A stretch of DNA of 32,508 nucleotides from Gemmatimonadota bacterium. Its GTDB lineage: Bacteria > Gemmatimonadota > Gemmatimonadetes > Gemmatimonadales > GWC2-71-9. The position numbers and the translations under genes were made by a program. Shown piece after piece: positions 23,483-32,054 of the stretch; positions within the stretch are counted from its first letter, which is position 1; each line of letters starts with the position of its first letter. A model generated the notes under the pieces. The model was not told where the DNA came from. It searched no databases and worked only from the letters and a program-made list of their open reading frames with translations. Location: NCBI GenBank assembly GCA_003220975.1, contig QHTX01000127.1:27709-60216 (forward strand), in the 5' to 3' direction.

Positions 23483-24417
23483 GCGGAGCGCGCCTCGGCG
23501 GCCCGCTCCACCGCGAGAGGACGTCGGCGAAGTGCGTGACCGGAAGCCCGGCGCGCCGCGCCGCCTCCGCGCCGAGGAAGTCGCCCAGCCCCGCGACGAC
23601 GGCGCGGGACAGTCCGGGATGCCGGGCGCGCACGCGCTCGACGGCGTCCCCGATGCGCGTCACCTGCGCGTCCCACAGCGCGTCGGCGATCGCGCTGATG
23701 GCCGAAGCGTCCAGCATCTCCCGGTCGGCACAGACGACCCGCGCGAGCCGCTCGCCCGCGAACTCCCGGGTGCCGGGCCGCCCGTCGGGCGTTGGCGTCG
23801 CGTAGTCCGTCGGGTCGAGCTGGCCACGCCACACGTGCACGTCCGCGGCGAGGGCGAACCCTTCCGTGGAAACGCCGGTCGGGCGGCCGTCCAGCGGCAC
23901 CGTCGCGGCGATCGCTTCCGCCGGCGTGCGCAGCGCTCCGGTGTACACCAGCTCGCCCTCGCGCAGCCGCTCGGGGCGTCGTCGTCGAGCCGGTGTCGAG
24001 CAGCAGACAGTCGGAGAAGGAGCGGCCCACGATGCGCGCCGTGGCAGCCCAGTTCGCGGCGGCGACCGCGAGGGGATCGCCGCGTGCTTCCTCCGGCGTG
24101 CGCCAGCGGCCGTCCACGCCCCAGACATGCACGTCCGCCCCGGGGAATGCGGCCACGACAGCGTCGAGCACGAACGCGACGCCTTCCCGCTTGGTCCGGA
24201 ACAGCTGCGACAGCTCGGCCGTCATCGTCACCGCGTGCAGGCCCTCCTCCCCGCCCAGATCGCGCGCCAAGTGGCGCAGCAGCGGGATGAGCCCGGCGGG
24301 GTCGCGCTGGATCTCGTAGGGGACCGCCCGGGCGGCGAGGACATGCCCGCTCCCCCCCGCGACGCGCGCCGCCTTGGTGTTCACGCCGCCGATATCCCAA
24401 CCGAGGACGGTCGTCAT
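23479..24417 (-). pseudogene. H4MPT-linked C1-transfer-pathway protein (ASKHA/hydantoinase-like, MfnF-like) with two frame changes
   Basis: The N-terminal 144 aa (MTTVLGWDIGGVNTKAA...LLLDTGSTTT) are in the frame of 24417. The homologous continuation (RPERLREGELVYTGALRTP...AGLPVTHFADVL) is in the frame of track ORF 22641..24128. The only nearby stop (23479-23481, coupled to the next gene) is back in the first frame. Confidence 0.7.
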
Positions 24418-25178
24418 TGCGCGTGATCCCGGTGCTCGACCTGAAGGCGGGGCGTGTCGTGCTCGCGAGCCGCGGCCGGCGGGAAACGTACGCGCCGCTT
24501 CCGGCCTCGGTGCTGGTGCCCGCGGGTCCGGCGGACGACGCCGTCACCCTGGCCCGGGCGTTCCACGACCGTCTCGGGTGCGATGAGTGGTATGTCGCCG
24601 ATCTGGACGCGATCAGCGGCGCCGCGCCGCAGCGCTCGCTCGTCCGCGCGCTCGCCGCACTCGGCGGTCGGCTCCTGGTGGACGCGGGCGTCTCCGCTCC
24701 CGCGCGTGCCCGCGAGACGCTTGCGGACGCCGGTGGGGGGGGCGCCGCCCGCGTCGTGATCGGGCTCGAGACGCTGCCGTCGCTCGCGGCGCTCGGCGAC
24801 GTGGCCCGCGTCGTGGGGCGCGAGCGTCTGGTCTTCAGCCTGGATCTGCGGGAGGGCGAGCCGGTGCTGCCGCCGGGCGCGCCGCCTCAGGGGACACCCC
24901 TCGAGCTGGCGCGCGCGGCGGTGGACCGGGAGGGCGTCGCGGCGATGCTTGTACTGGATGTGGCGCGCGTCGGGAGTGGACTGGGTGTTGATTTGGACCT
25001 GGTCGCGGCGCTGCGGCGCGCCCATCCCGGCAGCGAGCTGCTGGCGGGTGGGGGGATCGGCTCGGTGCGGGACCTCGAGCGGCTGGCGGACTCGGGGTGC
25101 GACGGGGCGCTCGTAGCGACCGCGCTGCACGACGGCAGCCTGGCGAAGCAGCATATCGAGGCGGTGCGGCGCCGCTAG
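24417..25178 (+). CDS. HisA/HisF-family (beta/alpha)8 barrel protein of H4MPT/methanofuran islands
   Basis: (M)RVIPVLDLKAGRVV, VIGLETL and GGGIGSVRDLERL. Start is TTG 24417, or alternatively GTG 24423. Confidence 0.75.
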   Translation: MRVIPVLDLKAGRVVLASRGRRETYAPLPASVLVPAGPADDAVTLARAFHDRLGCDEWYVADLDAISGAAPQRSLVRALAALGGRLLVDAGVSAPARARETLADAGGGGAARVVIGLETLPSLAALGDVARVVGRERLVFSLDLREGEPVLPPGAPPQGTPLELARAAVDREGVAAMLVLDVARVGSGLGVDLDLVAALRRAHPGSELLAGGGIGSVRDLERLADSGCDGALVATALHDGSLAKQHIEAVRRR

Positions 25179-25687
25179 AGCGATTCGCGGTACGTCGCGG
25201 ACTGGCCGAAGTTCTCCTCCACTTCGACCTCGATGGCCCGCAGCGCTACTGTTCCCCCCCCCCACGCCCCCCCGCTAAGTTCGCGGCACACCCGCCCCGC
25301 GAGGTACTGTGCCAGCATCTCCACCGTGGTGTTGGGTATCGGCAGCAGCGCGCAGTCGCCGCGGGGAAACACGTAGCGCGGCCGACCCGCGACCGCTACG
25401 GCCACGGAGTCGCCCTCCTCGCGGACCTGGATCTTCGGGTTTTGTAGCGGGAGCAGCACCTTGTGGTCGATTTTGTCGGTCAGCCGCTTCATCAGGTGCT
25501 TGAGCTCGGCGAAGTCGAGCACGTAGTGCGCTTCGGGGTCCAGCCCGCCCTCTACGATGACACGGGTGCGATAGTTGTGCCCATGCAGGGTCTCGCAGCG
25601 GTGCCCGGCGAACGTGATGAAGTGGGCCGCCGCGAACACCAGGTTGTCCTTGGACACCGAGACCTTGAACTCCTTACGCGCGGACAT
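25175..25687 (-). CDS. 6-pyruvoyl-tetrahydropterin synthase / QueD-family protein
   Basis: FAAAHFITFAGHRCETLHGHNY (Cx3HGH zinc/catalytic motif). 170 aa. ATG 25687. Confidence 0.8.
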   Translation of the reverse strand: MSARKEFKVSVSKDNLVFAAAHFITFAGHRCETLHGHNYRTRVIVEGGLDPEAHYVLDFAELKHLMKRLTDKIDHKVLLPLQNPKIQVREEGDSVAVAVAGRPRYVFPRGDCALLPIPNTTVEMLAQYLAGRVCRELSGGAWGGGTVALRAIEVEVEENFGQSATYRESL

Positions 25688-26561
25688 CCCTTCCCCTCTC
25701 ACTCCATCCGCCCTCGAGCAGCGCGACGAAGATGGCAGCGCCGGTGAGGTCGGCCGTGGCACCCGGATTCCTGGTGTTGCGCTCGTCCCGCAGCTCGCGG
25801 TCGAGCGCCGCTATGTCCTGGCGTCCGGCGGCGCTCCGCACCCCGCCGGCGTCGAGCACCGCGCGGGCGCGCTGCGACACGGCGGCCGCGGCCTCCCGCC
25901 CGAGCTTGCGGGCGATGTGCGTGTCGGGCGCCGCCGCGAGCAGCGTGAGAAACGTCTCGACCGTGGCGTCGCGCCACGTGAGCCCGTCGGCGCGCGCCCG
26001 GGCAAGGGCCGGGGCGCCGATCGCGAACGTCGTCCGGAAGCCGGTTGCGTACTCGCGGGCGACTGCATCGCGCTCCTGGGCGAGCGTCATGGCGTCGCGG
26101 AGCGGCACCGTGGGTGTGCCTGCGACGTCTTGCTCGGCGGCATGACCCAGCCCGCCCGGCGCCGCCAGCCGGATGGCCGCGTAGGCCTCGCGCGCGTCGG
26201 CCACGGTCGTTGCGGCGAGCGTGGCCGCGAGGCGGGCGACGAGCGGTCGATCGTCGGGCTGGAATGCCGCCTGGGCGAGCGGGGCGAGGAGGAGCACGAG
26301 GCCGAGATTGGTGTTGGAGGGCGCCCACCGCGAGGTCGCTTCCACGGCGGCGCGGATGGTCTCGCCGAGTGGGCGCTCGGCCGCGGCGGCCAAGGCGGGC
26401 CCGATCGCCGCCGCGCTCGCGAGGAAGTCCTCATACCGGACATCGTGGAAGTCGGCGGCCGGCGACACGTTCCCGGGCTTGGGCGCGCTCGCCTCGAGCA
26501 GGCAGGCGAGCTGGGCAGCGACGGCGACGTCGGCCCCCCTCCCGTGGGGCGCGCGCGTCAC
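25674..26561 (-). CDS. Triphosphoribosyl-dephospho-CoA synthase (CitG/MdcB)-family protein
   Basis: LLEASAPKPGNVSP near the N-terminus, a helical Ala-rich body, and NPGATADL near the C-terminus. GTG 26561 overlaps the upstream stop (GTGA). Confidence 0.65.
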   Translation of the reverse strand: MTRAPHGRGADVAVAAQLACLLEASAPKPGNVSPAADFHDVRYEDFLASAAAIGPALAAAAERPLGETIRAAVEATSRWAPSNTNLGLVLLLAPLAQAAFQPDDRPLVARLAATLAATTVADAREAYAAIRLAAPGGLGHAAEQDVAGTPTVPLRDAMTLAQERDAVAREYATGFRTTFAIGAPALARARADGLTWRDATVETFLTLLAAAPDTHIARKLGREAAAAVSQRARAVLDAGGVRSAAGRQDIAALDRELRDERNTRNPGATADLTGAAIFVALLEGGWSERGRDVRA

Positions 26562-27439
26562 CGCGACGCCACGCGTCCGAGCACGCGCTCGACGATCGCC
26601 GCGGCGACGTCGATGGAAGTCGCTTCTTGCAGGCCGCGCCATCCGGGGATCCCGTTCACCTCGACTACGTACACCGTGCCATCGCGGGCGGGCAGCAGGT
26701 CGACGCCGGCGTACTCCGCCCCCACCGCCCGCGCCGCCGTGAGCGCCAGCTCCGCCCGCTCGGGTGCCAGCGTGACGGCGCGCGCCCGCCCGCCGCGCGC
26801 GAGGTTCGTCTTCCAGGCGGGGGCGGGCGCGCTGCGCTCGATCGCGCCGAGCACGCGACCGCCCACGACGAACGCGCGCACGTCGCACCCGCCGTGGTCG
26901 ATCGCGCGCTGAACATAATATACCCCCCGCAGCGTCTCCAGCGTGCGGAACACGCGGAAGGCCATCTCCTCATCGCTCACGCGCACCATGCCGAGCCCCA
27001 TCGAGCCGAACAGCGGCTTCACGATCACGTCGCCGAAGGCGTGGAACGTTGCCAGCGCTTCGTCCGGCTGCTCGCACACCACGGTCTCGGGCACCGCGAG
27101 CCCCGCCTGCTGGAGCAGGGCGGTGGTCCAGAGCTTATCCACCGTCCGCTCGATCGTGCGGGGCGAATTGATCACGGGAACGCCCCGCTCCTCGAGCGCG
27201 TGCAGCGCGTCCACGCGGAAGATGATCTGTTCGAGCGAGCCGGCGGGAATGATGCGCGCCAGCACGGCGGCGCACGCGGCGAGGTCCTCCCCGGCGCTCG
27301 CGAACCCGGCCGTCGCGCCGAGCCGCGCCACCAGCGCCTCGTAGGGGAGCACGCGCCCCTCGTGCCCCCGCTCGGCGAGCGCGCGGCAGAGCTGGTCGGT
27401 GTGCCAGCCCTGCCGCGCGGCGAGAATGGCGACGCGCAC
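26558..27439 (-). CDS. RimK-type ATP-grasp ligase (MptN/MfnD-like glutamate ligase)
   Basis: VIVKPLFGSMGLGMVRV, YVQRAI and AGVDLLPARDGTVYVVEVNGIPGW. Confidence 0.85.
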   Translation of the reverse strand: MRVAILAARQGWHTDQLCRALAERGHEGRVLPYEALVARLGATAGFASAGEDLAACAAVLARIIPAGSLEQIIFRVDALHALEERGVPVINSPRTIERTVDKLWTTALLQQAGLAVPETVVCEQPDEALATFHAFGDVIVKPLFGSMGLGMVRVSDEEMAFRVFRTLETLRGVYYVQRAIDHGGCDVRAFVVGGRVLGAIERSAPAPAWKTNLARGGRARAVTLAPERAELALTAARAVGAEYAGVDLLPARDGTVYVVEVNGIPGWRGLQEATSIDVAAAIVERVLGRVASR

Positions 27440-27445
27440 CGGAGG

Positions 27446-27850
27446 CTAGTTGGTCTTCGCCCCGATGAGCACGGTGACGCCGCCCGTGGCGAAGTTCGCG
27501 AGGTCCGCCGCCACCGCCTTCCAGCCGGGTGTGGCGATGCCCCTTTCAAGCGCGTCCCGCGAGGCGAAGCGAATGTCGGCCTCGCGATACAGCGTCGGCG
27601 CCTTGCCGTCGATCGTGACGGCGAACTTCACGAGCTCGGCCCGCGTCACGCCGATTTCCTGCGCGTGCGCTGCGAAGAGCGGCACGTGCTTCTCGGCGTA
27701 GTACTTCTCGAACGCCGCTGTGTCCTTGGGCTGGTTGTACAGCACGATGACCGCCCACTGCACGGCCGGTGGCGGAGGGGCGGCCTCCTTCGTGCACGCC
27801 GTCGCCACGACCAGCGCGGTGAGGGGGAGGGTGAAGAACGAGCGCGGCAT
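27446..27850 (-). CDS. EthD-like small protein with a lipoprotein signal peptide
   Basis: LTALVVATAC lipobox-like cleavage site. The mature part VIVLYNQPKDTAAFEKYYAEKHVPL resembles the EthD family. Confidence 0.55.
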   Translation of the reverse strand: MPRSFFTLPLTALVVATACTKEAAPPPPAVQWAVIVLYNQPKDTAAFEKYYAEKHVPLFAAHAQEIGVTRAELVKFAVTIDGKAPTLYREADIRFASRDALERGIATPGWKAVAADLANFATGGVTVLIGAKTN

Positions 27851-27878
27851 GTCGGTCTCCTCGGGTGTCGGGTTGCCT

Positions 27879-28796
27879 TCAACTCTCGAGCAACGACGCG
27901 CGCAGCACCTCGGCGGGACTGAAGAGCAGGGGGTCGATCTTGTAGAAGTCGCCGTCGTAGCGCTTGAAAGTGTCGTAGAACGGCGTGCCGTAGTCCTTCG
28001 ACGCCGAGGCCGGGATCTTCGGCACGAGCTCCGCGAGCTCCTGGTCGTCGGCGTTTACCGTGTAGCGCGCCCGCCCGCCGTACAAGATGCAATCGTTGGT
28101 GCGGCCGATGGCGCGGAGGTCGTTCTTCGCGACCGGGGGCAGCGGGGCGGCCCCGATCCCGCTCACGATCTTCTTCAGGTCGAAGCCGAGCGTGTCCATC
28201 TTGTGGAGCCCGGTCTCGAGGATGCGCGCGGCGATCTGCACGCCGCCGGCGAGGCTCGCCGTCGGCGCCACCACGAAGGTGAGCTGCCACGGCTCGAGAC
28301 TCCCTGCCTTCTCGGCCACCCAGGCGGCTACATCGTCCGTCGGCGCGGTGCGCGTTTCGAGCACCAGCACGCCGCGCCGCGCGGTCTCGGCGTAGCCGAG
28401 CTTCGCGAACAGCTCCTTCTCGACGCGCGCGTGGGCGCGCAGCGGCCCCGAGCCCATTGCGAAGTATTTCCCGACCTGGATCGCCCAGCCGGCGTACTGG
28501 GACGCCATGCAGCTTACCGCGGGATGGTCGGTCCAGACGCGTACCCCCGCCCAGTGATTGTCGCCGATCACCACGGGGGCGTAGTCGACGTGCCCCAGCC
28601 CGCCCATGCAGATCTCCGCCAGCGCGAGTCCGGCGGCGTACCCTCCCGGCGTCTCGATGCCCGCGTCGATCACCCGCGCGCCGCCGGGCAGCGTGCGCAG
28701 CGTGACCCGCAGCGCTTCAGCGTTCGTCGCCATGCGGTCGGCGATCTCCAACGCGCGACCGTTCAGGTCCAGCCCCCCGCTCAGTCCCCCACCCAT
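27879..28796 (-). CDS. mch: Methenyl-H4MPT cyclohydrolase
   Basis: 305 aa with GARVIDAGIETPGGYAAGLALAEICMGGLG, SGPLRA, and the expected length and context. Confidence 0.85.
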   Translation of the reverse strand: MGGGLSGGLDLNGRALEIADRMATNAEALRVTLRTLPGGARVIDAGIETPGGYAAGLALAEICMGGLGHVDYAPVVIGDNHWAGVRVWTDHPAVSCMASQYAGWAIQVGKYFAMGSGPLRAHARVEKELFAKLGYAETARRGVLVLETRTAPTDDVAAWVAEKAGSLEPWQLTFVVAPTASLAGGVQIAARILETGLHKMDTLGFDLKKIVSGIGAAPLPPVAKNDLRAIGRTNDCILYGGRARYTVNADDQELAELVPKIPASASKDYGTPFYDTFKRYDGDFYKIDPLLFSPAEVLRASLLES

Positions 28797-29545
28797 CGCA
28801 GGATCTCCCCCTTCCCGAGCTCCGCCATGTCGCCCGCGTAACGCTCGTAGCGGCCGGTGATGTGGCGGTCCGCGACTGCGAGCCCGTAACGCGCTCCCAG
28901 ATAGCGGAGCAGCACCGGGACGTACGGCGGGCGGTAGGTGCAGACGTAGCGAAACGTCGCCGGGCGCTCGATCGCGCCGAGGGCCACGATGGACCCACGC
29001 TTCAGGAACCGCCCCGCGCCTGGCCCCGCCGTCCCGAACACGACGACCGTGCCCGCGATCATCCCCCGACCCGTCCCTCGTCCTCCGTCGCCCGTCACCA
29101 CGACCAGCCCGCGCCGCATCCGCGCCCCGACGTCGGGCCCCGCCTTGCCGCGGATGACGATCTCGCCCCCCGTCATCCCGCGGGACGCCCCGGGCCCGGC
29201 GCCGCCCGCGTTGTCCCCGGCGTCGCCGTGCACGTCGATCCGGCCGCCCGCCATCTGCACGCCCAGGTCCCGGCCCACGCCACCCGCCACGACGATCTCG
29301 CCGGCCGCCATCCCGGTACCGATCCCTTCCACGTGGGCGAGCTCGCCCTCGATCCGGATCGTGGCTGAGCGTTCGCCTTTCACCTTGAAGAAGTCGCCCA
29401 GCTGCGCGGCGCGGCCGCCGTGCACCACGGGCAGCGCGGCGATCTCCGCGGCGCCGAGCGACGCGAGCCGGTCGGGCGTGATCGCAGCGGCGATCAGCGC
29501 GTGCTTCGGTTCCTCCCGAAGGGTGAGGACGACCGCGTCGCTCAT
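28781..29545 (-). CDS. fhcC: Formyltransferase/hydrolase complex subunit C (FwdC-like beta-helix)
   Basis: Repeated G-x-x-G units (GGRIDVHGDAGDNAGG..., GGEIVIRGKAGPDVG..., GTVVVFG). ATG 29545 overlaps the fhcD stop (ATGA). Confidence 0.85.
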   Translation of the reverse strand: MSDAVVLTLREEPKHALIAAAITPDRLASLGAAEIAALPVVHGGRAAQLGDFFKVKGERSATIRIEGELAHVEGIGTGMAAGEIVVAGGVGRDLGVQMAGGRIDVHGDAGDNAGGAGPGASRGMTGGEIVIRGKAGPDVGARMRRGLVVVTGDGGRGTGRGMIAGTVVVFGTAGPGAGRFLKRGSIVALGAIERPATFRYVCTYRPPYVPVLLRYLGARYGLAVADRHITGRYERYAGDMAELGKGEILRWVGD

Positions 29546-30438
29546 GCCATGATCTTCCGCAGGTGGAAATGATGCGGGCCGAGCTTCCCGCCGAAGTTCG
29601 CCGCGGTGATGGCCTTCACGCCTGGCCGACACGCCGCCCGGATCCCGGCTCGCATCGCGGCCTCGATGGACGACGGGTCGGTGCCGTCGAGCACGATCTC
29701 GAGCACGCTGTTCACCCCCTCGGGGACCTGGGACTCGGTCACCGCCCGGAGCGTGGGATCGAACGGGTCGTTGGTCGTGGCGACCATGTTCTTGTAGCGC
29801 TTCGAGCCCACCTTGCTGCCGCTTCGCACCACGCCGCCCGGAAACGGCAGGATCACGCCGCGGAGGTCCGTCATCGCCTCCACCGCGGCCTCCGCGGCCG
29901 CCAGCGCGGCATCCGCATCCGCGGCGAGGATCAAGAAGTTTCCGCCGCCCACGCCCTTCAGCATCCCGAACGTCTCCTCCACGAGGAACTCCCCCTCCAT
30001 GACCGGGAGGCGCCAGTAGCGCTTGCCGCCGATCACCTTACTTGCCTGGAAGCCGTCGCCGAACACCCGCAGCGCCTTCCCCACCGCCAGCCGATCGGGG
30101 GGGGGGACGTCGGGCAACCCGTCGAAGCAGGCCGTCGTGGGACAGGTGAGGACCGTCTGGCCGAGCCGTACGATGAGCTGCTGCGGCAGGCTCTCCTTGT
30201 CCATCGTGAGGAACAGCACGCTCACGCCCGGGCGCCCGTCGGGCGTCTCCTGCTCGGCGAGCCCGCGCTCGATCCCCGCCTCGCACTTGCATCCGATCAC
30301 CGACGTGGCGAAGCCCGTGAGCTTGACGGCGGCTTCCCGCGCCCATTTCGCGGTGCGCCCGGTGATGACGATGCGGGCGACGCGCATGGTGAACGCTTCG
30401 GCGAAGGTGTCTTCGATGGCGACGCCGTTGATGTTCAT
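29542..30438 (-). CDS. fhcD: Formylmethanofuran:H4MPT formyltransferase
   Basis: 298 aa, MNINGVAIEDTFAEAF...ITGRT...GFATSVIGC...GGGNFLI. Confidence 0.9.
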   Translation of the reverse strand: MNINGVAIEDTFAEAFTMRVARIVITGRTAKWAREAAVKLTGFATSVIGCKCEAGIERGLAEQETPDGRPGVSVLFLTMDKESLPQQLIVRLGQTVLTCPTTACFDGLPDVPPPDRLAVGKALRVFGDGFQASKVIGGKRYWRLPVMEGEFLVEETFGMLKGVGGGNFLILAADADAALAAAEAAVEAMTDLRGVILPFPGGVVRSGSKVGSKRYKNMVATTNDPFDPTLRAVTESQVPEGVNSVLEIVLDGTDPSSIEAAMRAGIRAACRPGVKAITAANFGGKLGPHHFHLRKIMA

Positions 30439-32054
30439 GCCACCGGCTCCGCCCCGTAGTTCTCGAACGACACGCAGGCGTAGTCGTCGAAGAAGCGCTT
30501 CAGGTCCCGCGTCACCGCCCGGTCGTGCTCGGGACGCACGCTCAGCCGCCGCCCCGCGGGCGCGCGTCGCAGCTGGCCGTCTTCGACCACCAGTGTCCCC
30601 GCCTTGAGTACGTGGCGCGGCGTCGCGAACATCTTTGCCCGGTCCGGCTCGTTCGCGTAGATCGTCACGTCCGCGTCCGCCCCGGGCGCGAGATGCCCCT
30701 TGCTCGTGAGGCCGAGCAGCCGCGCCGGCCCGGCGCGGGTGATGATCACGATCTCGCTCAGCGTGTACTCGCGCGCGAGCCCGTCAAGCAGCGCGCTCCC
30801 CGCCAGGAGCTTCTGGTTCACGCCCTTGAGCCGGTCGTCGCGGTACGCGCGGTCCATCAGCAGCCGGATCAGCTGCGGATAGGACAGGAACGTGCCGCCG
30901 TTCGGGTGGTCGGTGGAGAGCGCCACGCGCCAGGGGTCGCGCGCCAGCAGGAACAGCTCGAGCCCCACGGCCCATTGCAGCGCGGCGACCGCCGCCTTCT
31001 CCTTGTAGGCGTACGGCACGATGCCGCAGCCGGTCTCGAGCTCGATGTCCACGTTCACCCACTTGCGCCCGGTGCTCGAATGCAGCAGGTACTCGACCGG
31101 GCTGTCCGCGGTGACCGTCGTGGCCGCCCCGAACATCACCTGGCCCACGTCCACGCTCACTTCTGGGTGACTGTTGACGTATTCGATCACGTCGCGCGCC
31201 GCCGACTTCCATTCTTTCCCCCGCGCTCCGCCGTAGCTGTGGAACTGCAGGTGCGTGAAATGCGCCCGCTGACCCGCTACCGCCTGCATGCTCTCGAGCG
31301 TCGTCGCGGCGTTGCCCGCTTGGCCCAGGTTATTGCAGTGGACGTGCACGGGGTGCGGCAGCGCGAGCGCGTTCGCGGCACCGGCGAGGGTCTCGAGAAT
31401 CTTGCGCGGCGTGACCGCACTCGACCCGACGGGGTCGTCCAGCCCCGTCACGTTCCGCTCCGACCCGCCGCCTTTCCATCGGGCGACTCCGCCCGGGTTC
31501 ACGATCTTGATCGCGTAGCCGCGCGTGACGCCGAGCAGCCAGCCGGCGTAGTCGCGCGCGCGCGTCGCCTCGCCTGTCGCGATCTGGCGCAACAAGTAGT
31601 CGTCGTTGCCGAGCAGCACGAAGCATCCCGAATCCAGGATCGGGGTGTCGTCCAGCTCGGCGTGGGCGTGCCGGGCCGCGAGCGGTGCGACCGCCGCCTC
31701 CATGGCCGTCGTGTAGCCGAGCCCCGCGTAGCGGTATCCCGTGACGAACGTGCTCGGCAGCGTGCCGCCCGTGCCGGAGCGCCGGATGGCATCGCCCGGG
31801 ACGGGATCGGCCGCGTGCTCTTCGGGGAGCAGGCGCCGGGCGTGGTTCACGCTCGAGCCCGCCACGTGCGCGTGGATGTCCACGCCGCCCGGCATCACGA
31901 TCATGCCCCGCGCGTCGAGCCGCGGGACGCCGGAGGGCAGATCGGCGACGATGCGTTCGCCCTCGATGCAGACGTCGCGCACCACGCCATCCACCCCGTT
32001 CGCGGGGTCGTACACCGTGCCGCCGGTGATCCGCAACCGGGCCGCCGTGGTCAC
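30435..32054 (-). CDS. fhcA: Formyltransferase/hydrolase complex subunit A (FwdA-like amidohydrolase)
   Basis: GTG 32054 overlaps the fhcB stop (GTGA). RITGGTVYDPANG...MPGGVDIHAHV metal-binding start and a HVHCNNLG segment. Confidence 0.9.
   Translation of the reverse strand: MTTAARLRITGGTVYDPANGVDGVVRDVCIEGERIVADLPSGVPRLDARGMIVMPGGVDIHAHVAGSSVNHARRLLPEEHAADPVPGDAIRRSGTGGTLPSTFVTGYRYAGLGYTTAMEAAVAPLAARHAHAELDDTPILDSGCFVLLGNDDYLLRQIATGEATRARDYAGWLLGVTRGYAIKIVNPGGVARWKGGGSERNVTGLDDPVGSSAVTPRKILETLAGAANALALPHPVHVHCNNLGQAGNAATTLESMQAVAGQRAHFTHLQFHSYGGARGKEWKSAARDVIEYVNSHPEVSVDVGQVMFGAATTVTADSPVEYLLHSSTGRKWVNVDIELETGCGIVPYAYKEKAAVAALQWAVGLELFLLARDPWRVALSTDHPNGGTFLSYPQLIRLLMDRAYRDDRLKGVNQKLLAGSALLDGLAREYTLSEIVIITRAGPARLLGLTSKGHLAPGADADVTIYANEPDRAKMFATPRHVLKAGTLVVEDGQLRRAPAGRRLSVRPEHDRAVTRDLKRFFDDYACVSFENYGAEPVA

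Noticed and set aside
22641-24128. 495-aa ORF as a real gene
   Set aside because: Only its middle part (about 23520-23985) carries homology, and that part is the central region of the mfnF-like gene. The rest runs out of frame through the mfnE-like gene.
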